Of a stretch of 64,000 nucleotides of DNA, positions 47,356 through 57,471 are shown piece by piece; position 1 is the stretch's first letter, and each line of letters begins with the position of its first letter. The notes beneath the pieces were generated by a model. That model searched no databases, was not told where the DNA came from, and saw nothing but the letters and a program-made list of their open reading frames with translations. The stretch covers positions 593,680 to 657,679 of the forward strand of contig CP006914.1 of NCBI GenBank assembly GCA_000503835.1, in the 5' to 3' direction. Origin of the DNA: a candidate division WWE3 bacterium RAAC2_WWE3_1. GTDB lineage: Bacteria; Patescibacteriota; WWE3; UBA101185; UBA10185. The position numbers and the translations under genes are program-made.

Positions 47356-47368
47356 TAAAATTACTCTG

Positions 47369-47929
47369 ATGAAAGAATTTATAGTACGTAATAAACAAAT
47401 ATTTATCACGGGCGCTGTAATCGCCGGAATTTTTCTGTTAATAATTCTTACCTCGTCGGCACGGAAAGTTAAAGGCCCGATTCTCGCACCTTCCGAAAGT
47501 AGTACCGGAAAGGAAGTGTTAACTAATCCCGGGGTTAACACCGGCAGTAACTACACCCCCAAAGGTCTCTGGAACGCACCTTCGCTGTCGGACGAACCTG
47601 TAGATAAAAACACTCCGGAAACGCCGGAGGAAGAGCCTGTCGAAAAACCAAAAGAAATTCTTAAGATTACCTTTGACGACCTGGGTTTTTCCCCTTCCTC
47701 GACAAACGGACTCAAGTATCAAACGGTAAGATGGACAAACAGAACCGACAAAAGTATTTATCTTCAGCAGATGAAAGATTTTTTTGAAGAATTCAGAAAA
47801 CCGGTGGAGATAGCGTCCGGCGGTACTCTGGAATTTGAACTGAACAGAACGGGAATGTGGGGATACAAAGAAACAGACAGCGGAAAAATGGGGAGCATCT
47901 TTATACTTCTGGAAAAACCGGAAAATTAA
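47369..47929 (+). CDS. Hypothetical membrane-anchored protein.
   Basis: 186 aa. N-terminal TM helix, a Pro/Glu-rich linker, and a beta-rich C-terminal domain. Confidence 0.5.
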   Translation: MKEFIVRNKQIFITGAVIAGIFLLIILTSSARKVKGPILAPSESSTGKEVLTNPGVNTGSNYTPKGLWNAPSLSDEPVDKNTPETPEEEPVEKPKEILKITFDDLGFSPSSTNGLKYQTVRWTNRTDKSIYLQQMKDFFEEFRKPVEIASGGTLEFELNRTGMWGYKETDSGKMGSIFILLEKPEN

Positions 47930-47941
47930 TTACCGCGGCAG

Positions 47942-48577
47942 TCACACTTTATACGCTGACGGACATATTTTGTTAAGCACACATTCTCCGCACTTGGGTT
48001 TTCTTGCGATGCAGATGTATCTTCCATGAAGAACAGCACTGCCTGAAAAGTTTCTCCAATATTTTTTTGGCAATAAACTCATAAGATCTTCCTCAATCTT
48101 TTTCGGTTCTGTTTGTGATGTTAACCCCAGCCTCGCAGACACCCGGGATACGTGAGTGTCCACCACAATACCTTCCGCAATTCCCCACAACTCCTGCATG
48201 ATTACGTTCGCGCTTTTTCTGGCAACTCCGGGGAGTTTCATAAGCTGCAACATATCGTGAGGCAACACGCCGTTATATAAAGACAGCACCGTACGGGCGG
48301 CGGCAACACTTCTCTCAGCTTTTCCCTTGTGGAAATTTACCTGCCTTATAAGAACCGCTACTTCACCGGTATCCGCAGAGGCCAACGCCTCCCAATTAGG
48401 ATATTTCGCAAAAAGTGCGGGGGTGACCTGGTTTACTTTCTTGTCCGTAGTTTGTGCCGACAACATTACAGAGATAGCAAGCTGATATTCGTCCGTGTGC
48501 ACAAGTTCTGTTTTGGGAGCCGGGTGTTCTATTTGTAATAACTGAGCAACTTTTTCTGCCTGTACTTTTTTGTCCAT
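47942..48577 (-). CDS. nth: Endonuclease III (Nth).
   Basis: HhH motif LPGVARKSANVIM. The C-terminal 4Fe-4S cluster loop is CIARKPKCGECVLNKICPS. Confidence 0.9.
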   Translation of the reverse strand: MDKKVQAEKVAQLLQIEHPAPKTELVHTDEYQLAISVMLSAQTTDKKVNQVTPALFAKYPNWEALASADTGEVAVLIRQVNFHKGKAERSVAAARTVLSLYNGVLPHDMLQLMKLPGVARKSANVIMQELWGIAEGIVVDTHVSRVSARLGLTSQTEPKKIEEDLMSLLPKKYWRNFSGSAVLHGRYICIARKPKCGECVLNKICPSAYKV

Positions 48578-48578
48578 T

Positions 48579-49499
48579 TTAAAAAAGACCCAATTGGTTT
48601 TCGTCGGGTAAATTGGAAGAGGATTTTTTCTCTTCTTCGGGCAATAACCCCAGCCTTTTCATCAAAGATTTAAAATTATACTTACTTAACTCGGCCAGAA
48701 CTTTTTCTTTATCGTACCCCGGGTATTTAACATCGTTTAACGTAACTCCGGCCGGTACGTCCATAATAAGAGTCGCAAGTTTTTTGCTCATCAACGCTTG
48801 TTCGTAATTTTCCAGCAACTTTTCTTTTAGACTTTCGGGTGTAACCTTTTCAATATTCCTGTAAACATCTTCGACTGATCCGAATTGTTCTATCAACTTA
48901 ATGGCCGTTTTTTCTCCGATGCCGTAAACTCCCGGAATATTGTCACTCGGGTCGCCTCTTAGACCTTTGTAGTCGGCAATTTTATCGGGAGGAAATCCCA
49001 ACCTGGCGGAAACTTCGTCTTTTCCTACCCACTGAAGCTTACCCTGCTTGTCGGGAACCATAAGCATCACATTCTTTCCTGCCAGCTGCCACAAGTCGCG
49101 GTCGTTTGACGCTATTATCACATCTACTTTCCCTGAGAAACCCAGCGCCAGGGTGGCAATAATATCGTCGGCTTCGTAACCGTCTACTAAGACCTGTTTA
49201 ACCCCGAACGCACTTAACATATCCAGAGTTTTGGGTATCTGTGACGCCAGAGAATCTTCCATCGGTTTTCTGTGTGCCTTATACGCGGTAAAGTCTTCGA
49301 CACGGAAAGTAGGTTTTTGACCGTCAAGAGCTGCCACTAAATAGTCGGGTTTTACCTGCGTAAGCATATTAATAAGCATTGAGGTAACGCCGTAAAGGGC
49401 ATTTGTGGGCTCTCCGTTTGCGTCGCGGAAAGAGGGCGGCAGAGCATGGTACGCCCTGTGCAAAAAATTGAACGTGTCTATCAAAAGAAGTTTTGGCAT
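48579..49499 (-). CDS. Stand-alone 5'-3' exonuclease (Pol I 5' nuclease/FEN-like).
   Basis: LLLIDTFNFLHRAYHALP and LVDGYEADDIIATLA. 306 aa, with no polymerase domain. Confidence 0.85.
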   Translation of the reverse strand: MPKLLLIDTFNFLHRAYHALPPSFRDANGEPTNALYGVTSMLINMLTQVKPDYLVAALDGQKPTFRVEDFTAYKAHRKPMEDSLASQIPKTLDMLSAFGVKQVLVDGYEADDIIATLALGFSGKVDVIIASNDRDLWQLAGKNVMLMVPDKQGKLQWVGKDEVSARLGFPPDKIADYKGLRGDPSDNIPGVYGIGEKTAIKLIEQFGSVEDVYRNIEKVTPESLKEKLLENYEQALMSKKLATLIMDVPAGVTLNDVKYPGYDKEKVLAELSKYNFKSLMKRLGLLPEEEKKSSSNLPDENQLGLF

Positions 49500-49500
49500 A

Positions 49501-50919
49501 TTACAAACGAGGAAAAAGCTGCTCTTTCAAAGCTATATTTTCTTTGCCGAAAACCCCGGAAAGTTTCGACGCGGTTTCCGGTATAAACGGTTCAAGGTAA
49601 TTAATTATTTCTCTGAGTTCGTTAATTTCCCGGGTTAAAATTTTCTGTAAATGCGTAGTGTCTTTGATTGCCCAGGGCTTGTTGTCGTTAATATGTTTAT
49701 CTAAAACCCCAAGTTTTGACCAGACGTGTTGGACAGCGAGATCAACTCGGAAGTTGTCGAAATACCTCATAAAAGTTTCGTCCCACTCTTTCAATTCAGG
49801 CAAAGGAAATTCAAATCCCGAAGTTTCGGCAAGACGTGCCAGGCGCGAAGCCGTGTTTCCCAATCCATTGGCAAGATCGGCGTTATACACCTGCTTAATA
49901 TGGTCAACTGAAACGTCCACATCTTCGATTACCGGACCGTGTTTAATAAAATAATATCTGACTGCATCTGCCCCGAACTGAGAAACGAGTTCCGACGGCC
50001 TTATAATGTTACCTTTGGATTTACTTATTTTTTCACCGTTGAGATTTACAAAACCGTGCACATAAATCGTGGAAGGAAGCGTTTTCCCCGCACTTTTGAG
50101 CATTGCCGGCCACAATAATGCGTGCCACCTTGCATTGTCTTTTCCAAGAACATGAATAATCTGAGTTTCGTCGTTCCAAAATCCTTCGGGCTCTGCGGCA
50201 GTAAAATAATTTATAAGGGCATCGAACCATACGTAAATGACGTGCTCAGGATCGTTAGGTGCCTGAATACCCCAGCTCACTTTGTACTCCGGGCGCGTAA
50301 CAGGAAGGTCGTTTATCCCCTGTTCGATGAAACCGAGCATTTCTCTCCGCTTACCTTCCGGTAAAACAAAGCCTTTCGTCTCAATCAACTGTTTTAGAAA
50401 ATCGGAATACTCGCTCCATTTGAAAAAATAGTTTTCTTCCTCAACTTTTTGTATGTCGCGGGTGGGGTGCAACAGACATCTTCCGTCCGCGTCCAGCTCC
50501 GACATAGTTTTATAAGCCTCACATCCCTCACAATACAGTCCGGTGTAGCTACCCTTATAAATGTCGCCCTTATCAAAAACGTTTTGAAAGAATTTCTGCG
50601 CCGTTTCGTGGTGATCAGAATCGGTAGTGCGGATGAAACGGTCGTAATCTAAGTTCAGAGCATCTAGCTCAGCCTTATCTTTGGAAGATATTTCGTCCAC
50701 GTGTTCTTTAGGTGTAACGCCTCTTTTTTCGGCGGCCTTTTGATTGGTGGAACCGTACTCATCGGTGCCGGTAAGAAAATAAACATTTTCTTTGCCCAGA
50801 ATCCCACGATAATAGCGGGCCAGACAATCGGCCAGTATTTTTTGGTAGGCGTGGCCTATATGTATGACGTCATTCGTGTAGTCTATTGCTGTTGTAATTA
50901 ATACCTTTTTCCTGTCCAT
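49501..50919 (-). CDS. metG: Methionyl-tRNA synthetase (short form).
   Basis: HIGH motif VIHIGHAYQ. KMSKS motif KISKSKGN. Zinc-knuckle cysteines are present. The ORF is open to 50964. I prefer the Met at 50919. Confidence 0.9.
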   Translation of the reverse strand: MDRKKVLITTAIDYTNDVIHIGHAYQKILADCLARYYRGILGKENVYFLTGTDEYGSTNQKAAEKRGVTPKEHVDEISSKDKAELDALNLDYDRFIRTTDSDHHETAQKFFQNVFDKGDIYKGSYTGLYCEGCEAYKTMSELDADGRCLLHPTRDIQKVEEENYFFKWSEYSDFLKQLIETKGFVLPEGKRREMLGFIEQGINDLPVTRPEYKVSWGIQAPNDPEHVIYVWFDALINYFTAAEPEGFWNDETQIIHVLGKDNARWHALLWPAMLKSAGKTLPSTIYVHGFVNLNGEKISKSKGNIIRPSELVSQFGADAVRYYFIKHGPVIEDVDVSVDHIKQVYNADLANGLGNTASRLARLAETSGFEFPLPELKEWDETFMRYFDNFRVDLAVQHVWSKLGVLDKHINDNKPWAIKDTTHLQKILTREINELREIINYLEPFIPETASKLSGVFGKENIALKEQLFPRL

Positions 50920-50938
50920 AAGTACCGTTATTCTACCA

Positions 50939-51319
50939 CTACCGCTCTTTTCTGCCGTACACAAAAAGCTGGTAGCCCAAAGCCAGGTAAAAAGCCAGGG
51001 ATAGGAAAATGTTGAACAGACTCACCAGCTTGAATCCTCTCAGAAAGAAGAAAATGACAATTCCGAAAGACGTATATGCCGATATTTTCAAAACGCTCCT
51101 GAATATACCCCGCGGGTCGCCTTCCTTGCTGAAAGTTTTGGTTGCAAGAAAAAAGCCGGTTGTTGAAAACAGCCCGGTGAAGAATAAAAAAAGTGAGACC
51201 AGAAAAATAAAAATATAAGTGTAGTTGGACGGTTTGAGGACGAAAAGTGAATAAGCCAGAGATGCGGAGGAAAGAACAAATAGAAAAATTGCTGTGTATA
51301 AAAACTTCGGCATATACAT
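50939..51319 (-). CDS. Hypothetical membrane protein with four TM helices.
   Basis: 126-aa hydrophobic ORF. Confidence 0.45.
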   Translation of the reverse strand: MYMPKFLYTAIFLFVLSSASLAYSLFVLKPSNYTYIFIFLVSLFLFFTGLFSTTGFFLATKTFSKEGDPRGIFRSVLKISAYTSFGIVIFFFLRGFKLVSLFNIFLSLAFYLALGYQLFVYGRKER

Positions 51320-51373
51320 GATTTTAACATTACCTTCCTAGACTCGTGGGCGGGTTGCTGATATTCTTATCGC

Positions 51374-52435
51374 ATGCTAAGTAATGAACTCGTTATAGTT
51401 ATGTTCGCCGTGCTGCTAATACTTTTAGGCTTCCTTGTCTTCTATCTATCAACACAGATAAAAAATATCAAAAACATAAAGGGGGACGAAACCGGCGTAC
51501 TTATGGAATGGCTAAAAGAAATGAAAGGCTCTGTAGATAAAAGCAGCGATGTGCTGGAAAAACAACTAAGTCAGCAGAGAGGCACCCTGGATGAACAGAT
51601 GAAGGGCCACCGCGAGGCGATGAACGCCCAGACCAAACTTATCTGGGAACGCCTCGACGCTTCGCAGGACGTTATCAGAACTGTACAAAAACAGTTGGGA
51701 GGTATTCAGGAGTTCGGAAATGACATGAAAGACTTAAGCAACGTGCTGAAATCTCCAAAACTACGCGGGGGGCTCGGAGAACAGTTTCTCTATGAGATAC
51801 TCGAGAGCTTCCTTCCCCACGACCACTTTAAGACCCAATACAAGTTCAGGGATGGGGCGGTTTGCGATGCCGTGGTATTTACCGAAAAAGGAATAATCCC
51901 GATCGACTCAAAATTTCCTATGGAGAACTTTGCCGCGATGTTAAAAGCGGAAGCACAGAGTGAACGCGACAAACTGAAAAGGGTTTTCATAGGCGATGTC
52001 AAGAAAAAAATCGAGGAAATTGCTACTAAATACATTCTCCCCGAAGAAGGAACTACCCATCAAGCTATCATGTACATACCATCGGAAAACGTATACTATG
52101 AGTTAATAGTAAATACGCCGGAGATTGAAGCTTACGCCAAGGAAAAAAATGTGGTTATGGCATCGCCCAACACACTTTCCTACTTCCTGAAAGTACTTTT
52201 GGTAGCCTTCCATCAGCAAAGTCTGGAAAAACACGCGGGCGAGGTTCTAAAAGCCTTGGATGGGATCAAATTGGAGGCGTCCAAATTTAATGACGATCTG
52301 GATGTTTTAGAAAAACATATTTCTAACGGTTACAAATCAATGGATGGTATAAGAACTAAATTTTCTAGGCTATTTAATAAGATTGAAAAGATTCAGGTTA
52401 TTGATGACGGAGAGCAAAAGAAGCTGTTAGAATAA
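51374..52435 (+). CDS. rmuC: DNA recombination protein RmuC family.
   Basis: An N-terminal TM helix, then a coiled-coil region, then a C-terminal nuclease-like domain (MYIPSENVYYELI). 353 aa. Confidence 0.75.
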   Translation: MLSNELVIVMFAVLLILLGFLVFYLSTQIKNIKNIKGDETGVLMEWLKEMKGSVDKSSDVLEKQLSQQRGTLDEQMKGHREAMNAQTKLIWERLDASQDVIRTVQKQLGGIQEFGNDMKDLSNVLKSPKLRGGLGEQFLYEILESFLPHDHFKTQYKFRDGAVCDAVVFTEKGIIPIDSKFPMENFAAMLKAEAQSERDKLKRVFIGDVKKKIEEIATKYILPEEGTTHQAIMYIPSENVYYELIVNTPEIEAYAKEKNVVMASPNTLSYFLKVLLVAFHQQSLEKHAGEVLKALDGIKLEASKFNDDLDVLEKHISNGYKSMDGIRTKFSRLFNKIEKIQVIDDGEQKKLLE

Positions 52436-52546
52436 CTGAAACTTCCAAAAAAAGACAAAAAAATCCCCGGTGAGATGAGTATAAACAGTTGAGTGCTGTT
52501 TAATTTTCTCAGTCACCGGGGGTCTCCAGGAGGAGAGCGAAGAAAT

Positions 52547-52651
52547 CTAGGATTTTTGGGTTTCTTCAGAATTCTTGAAGAAAATCGACAACCCCGAAAG
52601 CAAAAATATGAATGCAACTACCCCAACGACAACCCACACTATTGCAGCCAT
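52547..52651 (-). CDS. Possible 34-aa single-TM micro-protein. It is not in the ORF track.
   Basis: MAAIVWVVVGVVAFIFLLSGLSIFFKNSEETQKS. It is preceded by GAGGGAGGGTAAA-ATG, a strong SD. Translated by eye. Confidence 0.3.
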   Translation of the reverse strand: MAAIVWVVVGVVAFIFLLSGLSIFFKNSEETQKS

Positions 52652-52751
52652 TTTACCCTCCCTCAAGACAAAAAGTGATCAGAAATTCGAATAGGGGGAT
52701 TATACTACAAGTTATCCCAAAACGCCAACGGGAGCCACCTTTTGAGAACAT

Positions 52752-55634
52752 GTGCGCTATAATAGGGGTCACATGCCGCCCAAAAAGAAAACTGACATAA
52801 ACGAAGAGCAAATCAAAGTCATAAACCATAAAAAGGGGCACCTTCTGGTTGTCGCCGGAGCCGGCACGGGAAAAACCAGAGTTATTACTGAGCGCATAAA
52901 AAATCTTATTGAAACAGAAGGAATTAAACCGAAAGAAATTCTCGCCCTTACTTTTACCGAAAAAGCCGCGGGGGAGATGGTTGAAAGAACAGGCGACGCA
53001 ATGCCTTTAGGTTACGAAGAGCCGTGGATCTCAACTTTCCATTCATTTTCTGACAGAATATTACGGGCGGAGGGCATAGAAATCGGAATCGACCCCGGAT
53101 ACAAACTCCTCTCATCCCCCGAGCAGTGGATATTGCTACGGAAGAACCTGTTTGATCTCGGTCTGAAATATTTCAGGCCATTAGGAAATCCCACAAAGTT
53201 TATTTCGGCCATTCTCAAATTTATTTCAAGACTGCAGGACGAAAATGTTTCTCCCGAAGATTTTGAAAAATTCGTCCAAAGTACGAGTCTAGAAAATGAA
53301 GAAAAAGAAAGGATATTTGAACTTGCCCATGTTTACACAGAATACACGCGGCTAAAACTCGAAAAATCGAAAATGGATTTCGGCGACCTTATAACATGGA
53401 CGCTGAAACTTTTTAAAGAGAGACCCCACATACTTGAAAAGTATAGAAAACAGTTCAAACACGTGTTGCTGGACGAATTCCAGGACACGAATTTCGCGCA
53501 GTATGAACTTATTAAACTTCTTTGCCCGTTAGAAATGGAAGACAGAAGTTTGGTTGTAGTCGGGGACGATTCACAATCTATTTACAAATTCAGAGGGGCG
53601 GCCGTATCCAACATTCTTCAGTTTATGGAAGACTACCCCAAGGCTGAAAGAGTAACTTTGCTAAAAAATTACAGGTCGGGGCAAAAAGTACTGGACCCTT
53701 CTTATAAACTAATAGTAAATAACAACCCCGACACGCTTGAATCCAAACTTGGAATTTCAAAAGAATTAATAAGTCAGATAAAAACCAAGGGGATATCACC
53801 TGAGATCTGCCAAGCCGAGGGTCTTGAGGATGAGGTGGGGTTTGTTATCAAAAAAATCTATGAAGTTCTGGGAAAAGAACCTGAATACACCTACAAAGAC
53901 GTAGCTATACTTGCAAGAGCTAACAGCCATCTCGATCCTTTTCTGATGGCCTTGAGAAAACACGGACTACCTTATCAATTAGTGGGAAACAGGGGTCTTT
54001 ACGACAGAGACGAAGTAAGGGATGTGATTGCCCTTCTGAGAGTAATCGCTAATCCGAAAGACGGCGTAAGCCTGTATCGTGTGCTTAACATTCCCTCTTT
54101 AGAAATAGACGGCGACGACATTTCCAAACTCCTGGCTGAGGCGAGATATAAAAAGACCGATTTGTGGGAGGAAGTTAAAAATTCGGAAAAAGATAAACTG
54201 TCCCTTTTAAAGGAACTGATTAAGGAAAGGCAGGAAAATATTACCAGAGAGACTCCTTCGGAATTTATTTTCAATATGGTCACTAACGTCGGCTATTTGC
54301 GCCCGCTCGTTGAAGATGAAACGGTCGAGAATCAGCTCTCTATCAAAAATCTGGATATATTTTTAAACAAAGTAAAAGAGTTTGAAATTAAGCACAGGGA
54401 AGATACGAAAGAACTACCCACGGTCGTTGATTTTTTGGATTACATGGAACTGGTGTTGGAAGCCGGAGATAATCCGGCACAAGCCGAACTGGAGGATATA
54501 GACACCGTTAATTTGATGACGGTCCACGCATCGAAAGGCCTTGAGTATCCCATCGTCTTTATGGTTAATCTGGTTTCGGATAGATTTCCCACAAGAAATA
54601 AAGGGGACGTGATAGATGTCCCTAACGAACTAATAAAGGAAACCTTACCTTCGGGCGATGAACATATACAGGAAGAGAGGCGCTTGTTCTACGTCGGAAT
54701 GACGCGCGCCAAAAAATATTTGTATCTGACGCTGGCAAAAAATTACGGAGGGAAAAGGGAAAAAGTACCCAGCGGATTCCTACAGGAAGTCGGACTAAAA
54801 ATGGAGTATGTCGGAAAAGTAGCCGACGAAAAAGCAGGAGGACAAGACAGCCTGTTCGGTGTTACCTCTGCGTTTAGAGACCCACAGGCAGTAAATGTAG
54901 CTAACCTAGTACCTCAAACAATGAGCTACACTCAGATTGATACTTATAACGCGTGCCCGTTGAAGTACAAGTACTCTTACATATTACGCATACCCACGTT
55001 GCCGAATTACGCACTCAGCTTCGGTACAACAATGCACGAGACATTAAAAGAATTTCACACAAAAAGAATGTTCGGGAAAAATGTTTCTTTGGAAGACCTT
55101 TACGAAATTTACGAAAGAAAATGGATACCGCTGGGCTACGACGACGAGAAACACAGAGCAGAAAGATTTGAAAGCGGAAAGCGGGTACTGGAAGAGTATT
55201 ACAACAAACATGCGGCCGGAAAAGATAACATCGAAGCCTTGGAAAAGTCCTTCAATCTAAGAATCGGCGGCACTAATTTCTTCGGAAGAATCGACAGGAT
55301 AGACAATCTGGACAGCGGCGGGGTTGAAATCATCGACTACAAGACCGGTACGGCAAAAGCCCAAAAGGACGTTGACCGCGACGCCCAGGTGACAATATAC
55401 GCAATGGCGGCAAAAGAAGCGCTCGGGTTAAAACCCGATCTTTTGACTCTGTATTTTTTGGAATCGGGAGAAAAAATTTCGACGACCCGTACTCAGGAAG
55501 ACCTGGTGAAACAAAAGGAAAAGATTGTCGAAACAGTTGAAAATATTAAAAAGGGGCAATTTGAGGCCAATCCTACAATCCAGTGCGGTTGGTGCGATTA
55601 CAAAGATATTTGCCCGTTCGCGTACCGGGGTTAA
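52752..55634 (+). CDS. UvrD/PcrA-family SF1 helicase fused to a C-terminal PD-(D/E)xK (RecB/Cas4-like) nuclease domain with a four-Cys cluster.
   Basis: Helicase motif I is VVAGAGTGKT. Motif II is DEFQDT. The C-terminal 220 aa have CPLKYKYSY...IIDYKTG...QCGWCDYKDICPF. 960 aa. An alternative start lies at 52773. Confidence 0.85.
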   Translation: MRYNRGHMPPKKKTDINEEQIKVINHKKGHLLVVAGAGTGKTRVITERIKNLIETEGIKPKEILALTFTEKAAGEMVERTGDAMPLGYEEPWISTFHSFSDRILRAEGIEIGIDPGYKLLSSPEQWILLRKNLFDLGLKYFRPLGNPTKFISAILKFISRLQDENVSPEDFEKFVQSTSLENEEKERIFELAHVYTEYTRLKLEKSKMDFGDLITWTLKLFKERPHILEKYRKQFKHVLLDEFQDTNFAQYELIKLLCPLEMEDRSLVVVGDDSQSIYKFRGAAVSNILQFMEDYPKAERVTLLKNYRSGQKVLDPSYKLIVNNNPDTLESKLGISKELISQIKTKGISPEICQAEGLEDEVGFVIKKIYEVLGKEPEYTYKDVAILARANSHLDPFLMALRKHGLPYQLVGNRGLYDRDEVRDVIALLRVIANPKDGVSLYRVLNIPSLEIDGDDISKLLAEARYKKTDLWEEVKNSEKDKLSLLKELIKERQENITRETPSEFIFNMVTNVGYLRPLVEDETVENQLSIKNLDIFLNKVKEFEIKHREDTKELPTVVDFLDYMELVLEAGDNPAQAELEDIDTVNLMTVHASKGLEYPIVFMVNLVSDRFPTRNKGDVIDVPNELIKETLPSGDEHIQEERRLFYVGMTRAKKYLYLTLAKNYGGKREKVPSGFLQEVGLKMEYVGKVADEKAGGQDSLFGVTSAFRDPQAVNVANLVPQTMSYTQIDTYNACPLKYKYSYILRIPTLPNYALSFGTTMHETLKEFHTKRMFGKNVSLEDLYEIYERKWIPLGYDDEKHRAERFESGKRVLEEYYNKHAAGKDNIEALEKSFNLRIGGTNFFGRIDRIDNLDSGGVEIIDYKTGTAKAQKDVDRDAQVTIYAMAAKEALGLKPDLLTLYFLESGEKISTTRTQEDLVKQKEKIVETVENIKKGQFEANPTIQCGWCDYKDICPFAYRG

Positions 55635-56563
55635 AAATCCACCCTCATGAGTCTGGAAGCTACGCCGTAAATTCCGCTCAAAAACTTTATCACGGGAATT
55701 GGAAATTCGACGGGCGTCCCTCCAAATTTTTCTTTAAAGTGGCTGAACCCTTCCCAATTTCCGGTTTGAATAGGAAATCTCTCATCATACTTTCCTTCAA
55801 GGTCAAAAACCCCGTAACCTTCGCTTTTAAGAAATTTCATTGATTCCCACATAAGGAGGTAGCCTGATTTATTTTTTCGCGCTGTCTCTGAAGATCCCCC
55901 GGAAACAAAAAGAACCATGTTTTTGTGACCCAAACAAAACTTGCTTGACTGTAATTCCCCATCTTTATTTCTAACCTCGCACAAGTAAGATTTGTCTCCG
56001 AAGAGATCTACTCTGACTAGAAATTCACGAAACGGGGGCATATAAAAATTCTTCTTTTTTGCTGTGCAGTAAAATAACTCGTAACTTTCTTTCAGCTGTT
56101 CCTCCGTAGGTTTTCTTATATTTTTGACTTTGTAACCCTCCCTGACTGCGCGGTTTATCGAGTATCTGGCGCTGTGTGAAAACTCGTTCCACATGTTTTC
56201 TTCTGTTCTTGTAAGATCCATGAAAATAGTCGACGGAACACAATTGGGAGAATGTGTGGGGCGGTATCCGCGACCATCAAAAATCGACAGGTCCTGATCG
56301 TAATCGGGTTCAATTTTAATATAGGCACACTTTTCGCGGCGGCAGATACTTTCTATTTCTTCAAGATCTTCTTTTTCAATTTTCCGCGGGTGTTGTATTT
56401 TTACAAAATTTCCTATGAAAGAGGGCCGGATAGCTATAAGTATTCCTTTTGAAGTTCTCCCGGTTTTCCATCCGATTGCCTGCAGGTACTTTTCCCACCC
56501 CTCGCTTTGTCTTATGTCCTCCTGTCTTTCCATATCTATCTGATGAGTTTGAGCAATTTCCAT
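55631..56563 (-). CDS. FemAB-family aminoacyl-tRNA-dependent peptidyltransferase homolog.
   Basis: 310 aa. It is a paralog of the adjacent gene. The length is typical of the FemABX family, and GNAT-like halves are present. Family assignment is by pattern only. Confidence 0.6.
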   Translation of the reverse strand: MEIAQTHQIDMERQEDIRQSEGWEKYLQAIGWKTGRTSKGILIAIRPSFIGNFVKIQHPRKIEKEDLEEIESICRREKCAYIKIEPDYDQDLSIFDGRGYRPTHSPNCVPSTIFMDLTRTEENMWNEFSHSARYSINRAVREGYKVKNIRKPTEEQLKESYELFYCTAKKKNFYMPPFREFLVRVDLFGDKSYLCEVRNKDGELQSSKFCLGHKNMVLFVSGGSSETARKNKSGYLLMWESMKFLKSEGYGVFDLEGKYDERFPIQTGNWEGFSHFKEKFGGTPVEFPIPVIKFLSGIYGVASRLMRVDF

Positions 56564-57471
56564 CTAAAACTGTTGGCCAGATTAAAGAACTTGTATAGAT
56601 TTTCGTTTATAACCATGTCGTAAGAATCTATATAAACCACATGTTTTGCCCCGAACTTTGATTTGAAAATGGAGAAACCGTAGTATTCGTCGGAGGTATT
56701 GTTTAAATCAACCGAGGCCCCCCACATGTCAAAAGTCCCACAACCTAATTTTTTACCGAGCAACAGTGCCTCCCACCCAAGAACAGTGCTGGCGAAAAGA
56801 TTCTTTTTTCTTTCGGTTGAACCTCCGTAGGGATAGTAAAGAACTCCTTCGTAAGATAAAAGTATCCAGGCGGCCAGAGCTTCTCCCTCATGTTCCGCAA
56901 TTAATAATTTTGCAAGACCGGCCTTGTTAAAAACGTCCCACATATCGCGGAGATAAGACTGCCCCCTAAAATAAAATTTCTGCCTTACTCCGGTTTCTTT
57001 ATAAAGGGAATAGAAAATATCGAAGTCTTTATCTTCAGTGCTTTCCCTTACCGTAACCCCGTTTTTCTTAGCGTAATTTATGTTGTAGCGGTGTTTTTTA
57101 TGAAGGGCCGAGAAAAGTTCTTCTTCACTTTTTGTGAGGTCGATAAAAAAGTTGGCTTTGGCAAATTCGTCTCTCGGAGAATGTACGCAATGCTCTTCGA
57201 AAAGCTTTGCGGCCGGGGGTTCTTCCGGGCTTCCCTTTATAATGTTCGGGACGTCGAAATGCACCGCAATACAATTATTTTCCTCGACGGATTTTTTCAA
57301 CTCCTCAAAATTTACATCGAAGGGAGACACCCGCGGACAGTATGCGTAGTTATAAGAAGTTAAAGGAATGTTATGAATCGTGTATATAACATTACCCGCC
57401 GAAACTGCGGGGGTGCCGTGTCTGTTTTTAAATTCCGCCCACAGCGGAGACTGCAGAATGTGCTTTCCCAT
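56536..57471 (-). CDS. FemAB-family aminoacyl-tRNA-dependent peptidyltransferase homolog (paralog).
   Basis: 311 aa. HKKHRYNINYAKKNGVTV is like FemX. It overlaps its paralog by 28 nt. Confidence 0.6.
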   Translation of the reverse strand: MGKHILQSPLWAEFKNRHGTPAVSAGNVIYTIHNIPLTSYNYAYCPRVSPFDVNFEELKKSVEENNCIAVHFDVPNIIKGSPEEPPAAKLFEEHCVHSPRDEFAKANFFIDLTKSEEELFSALHKKHRYNINYAKKNGVTVRESTEDKDFDIFYSLYKETGVRQKFYFRGQSYLRDMWDVFNKAGLAKLLIAEHEGEALAAWILLSYEGVLYYPYGGSTERKKNLFASTVLGWEALLLGKKLGCGTFDMWGASVDLNNTSDEYYGFSIFKSKFGAKHVVYIDSYDMVINENLYKFFNLANSFRWKLLKLIR

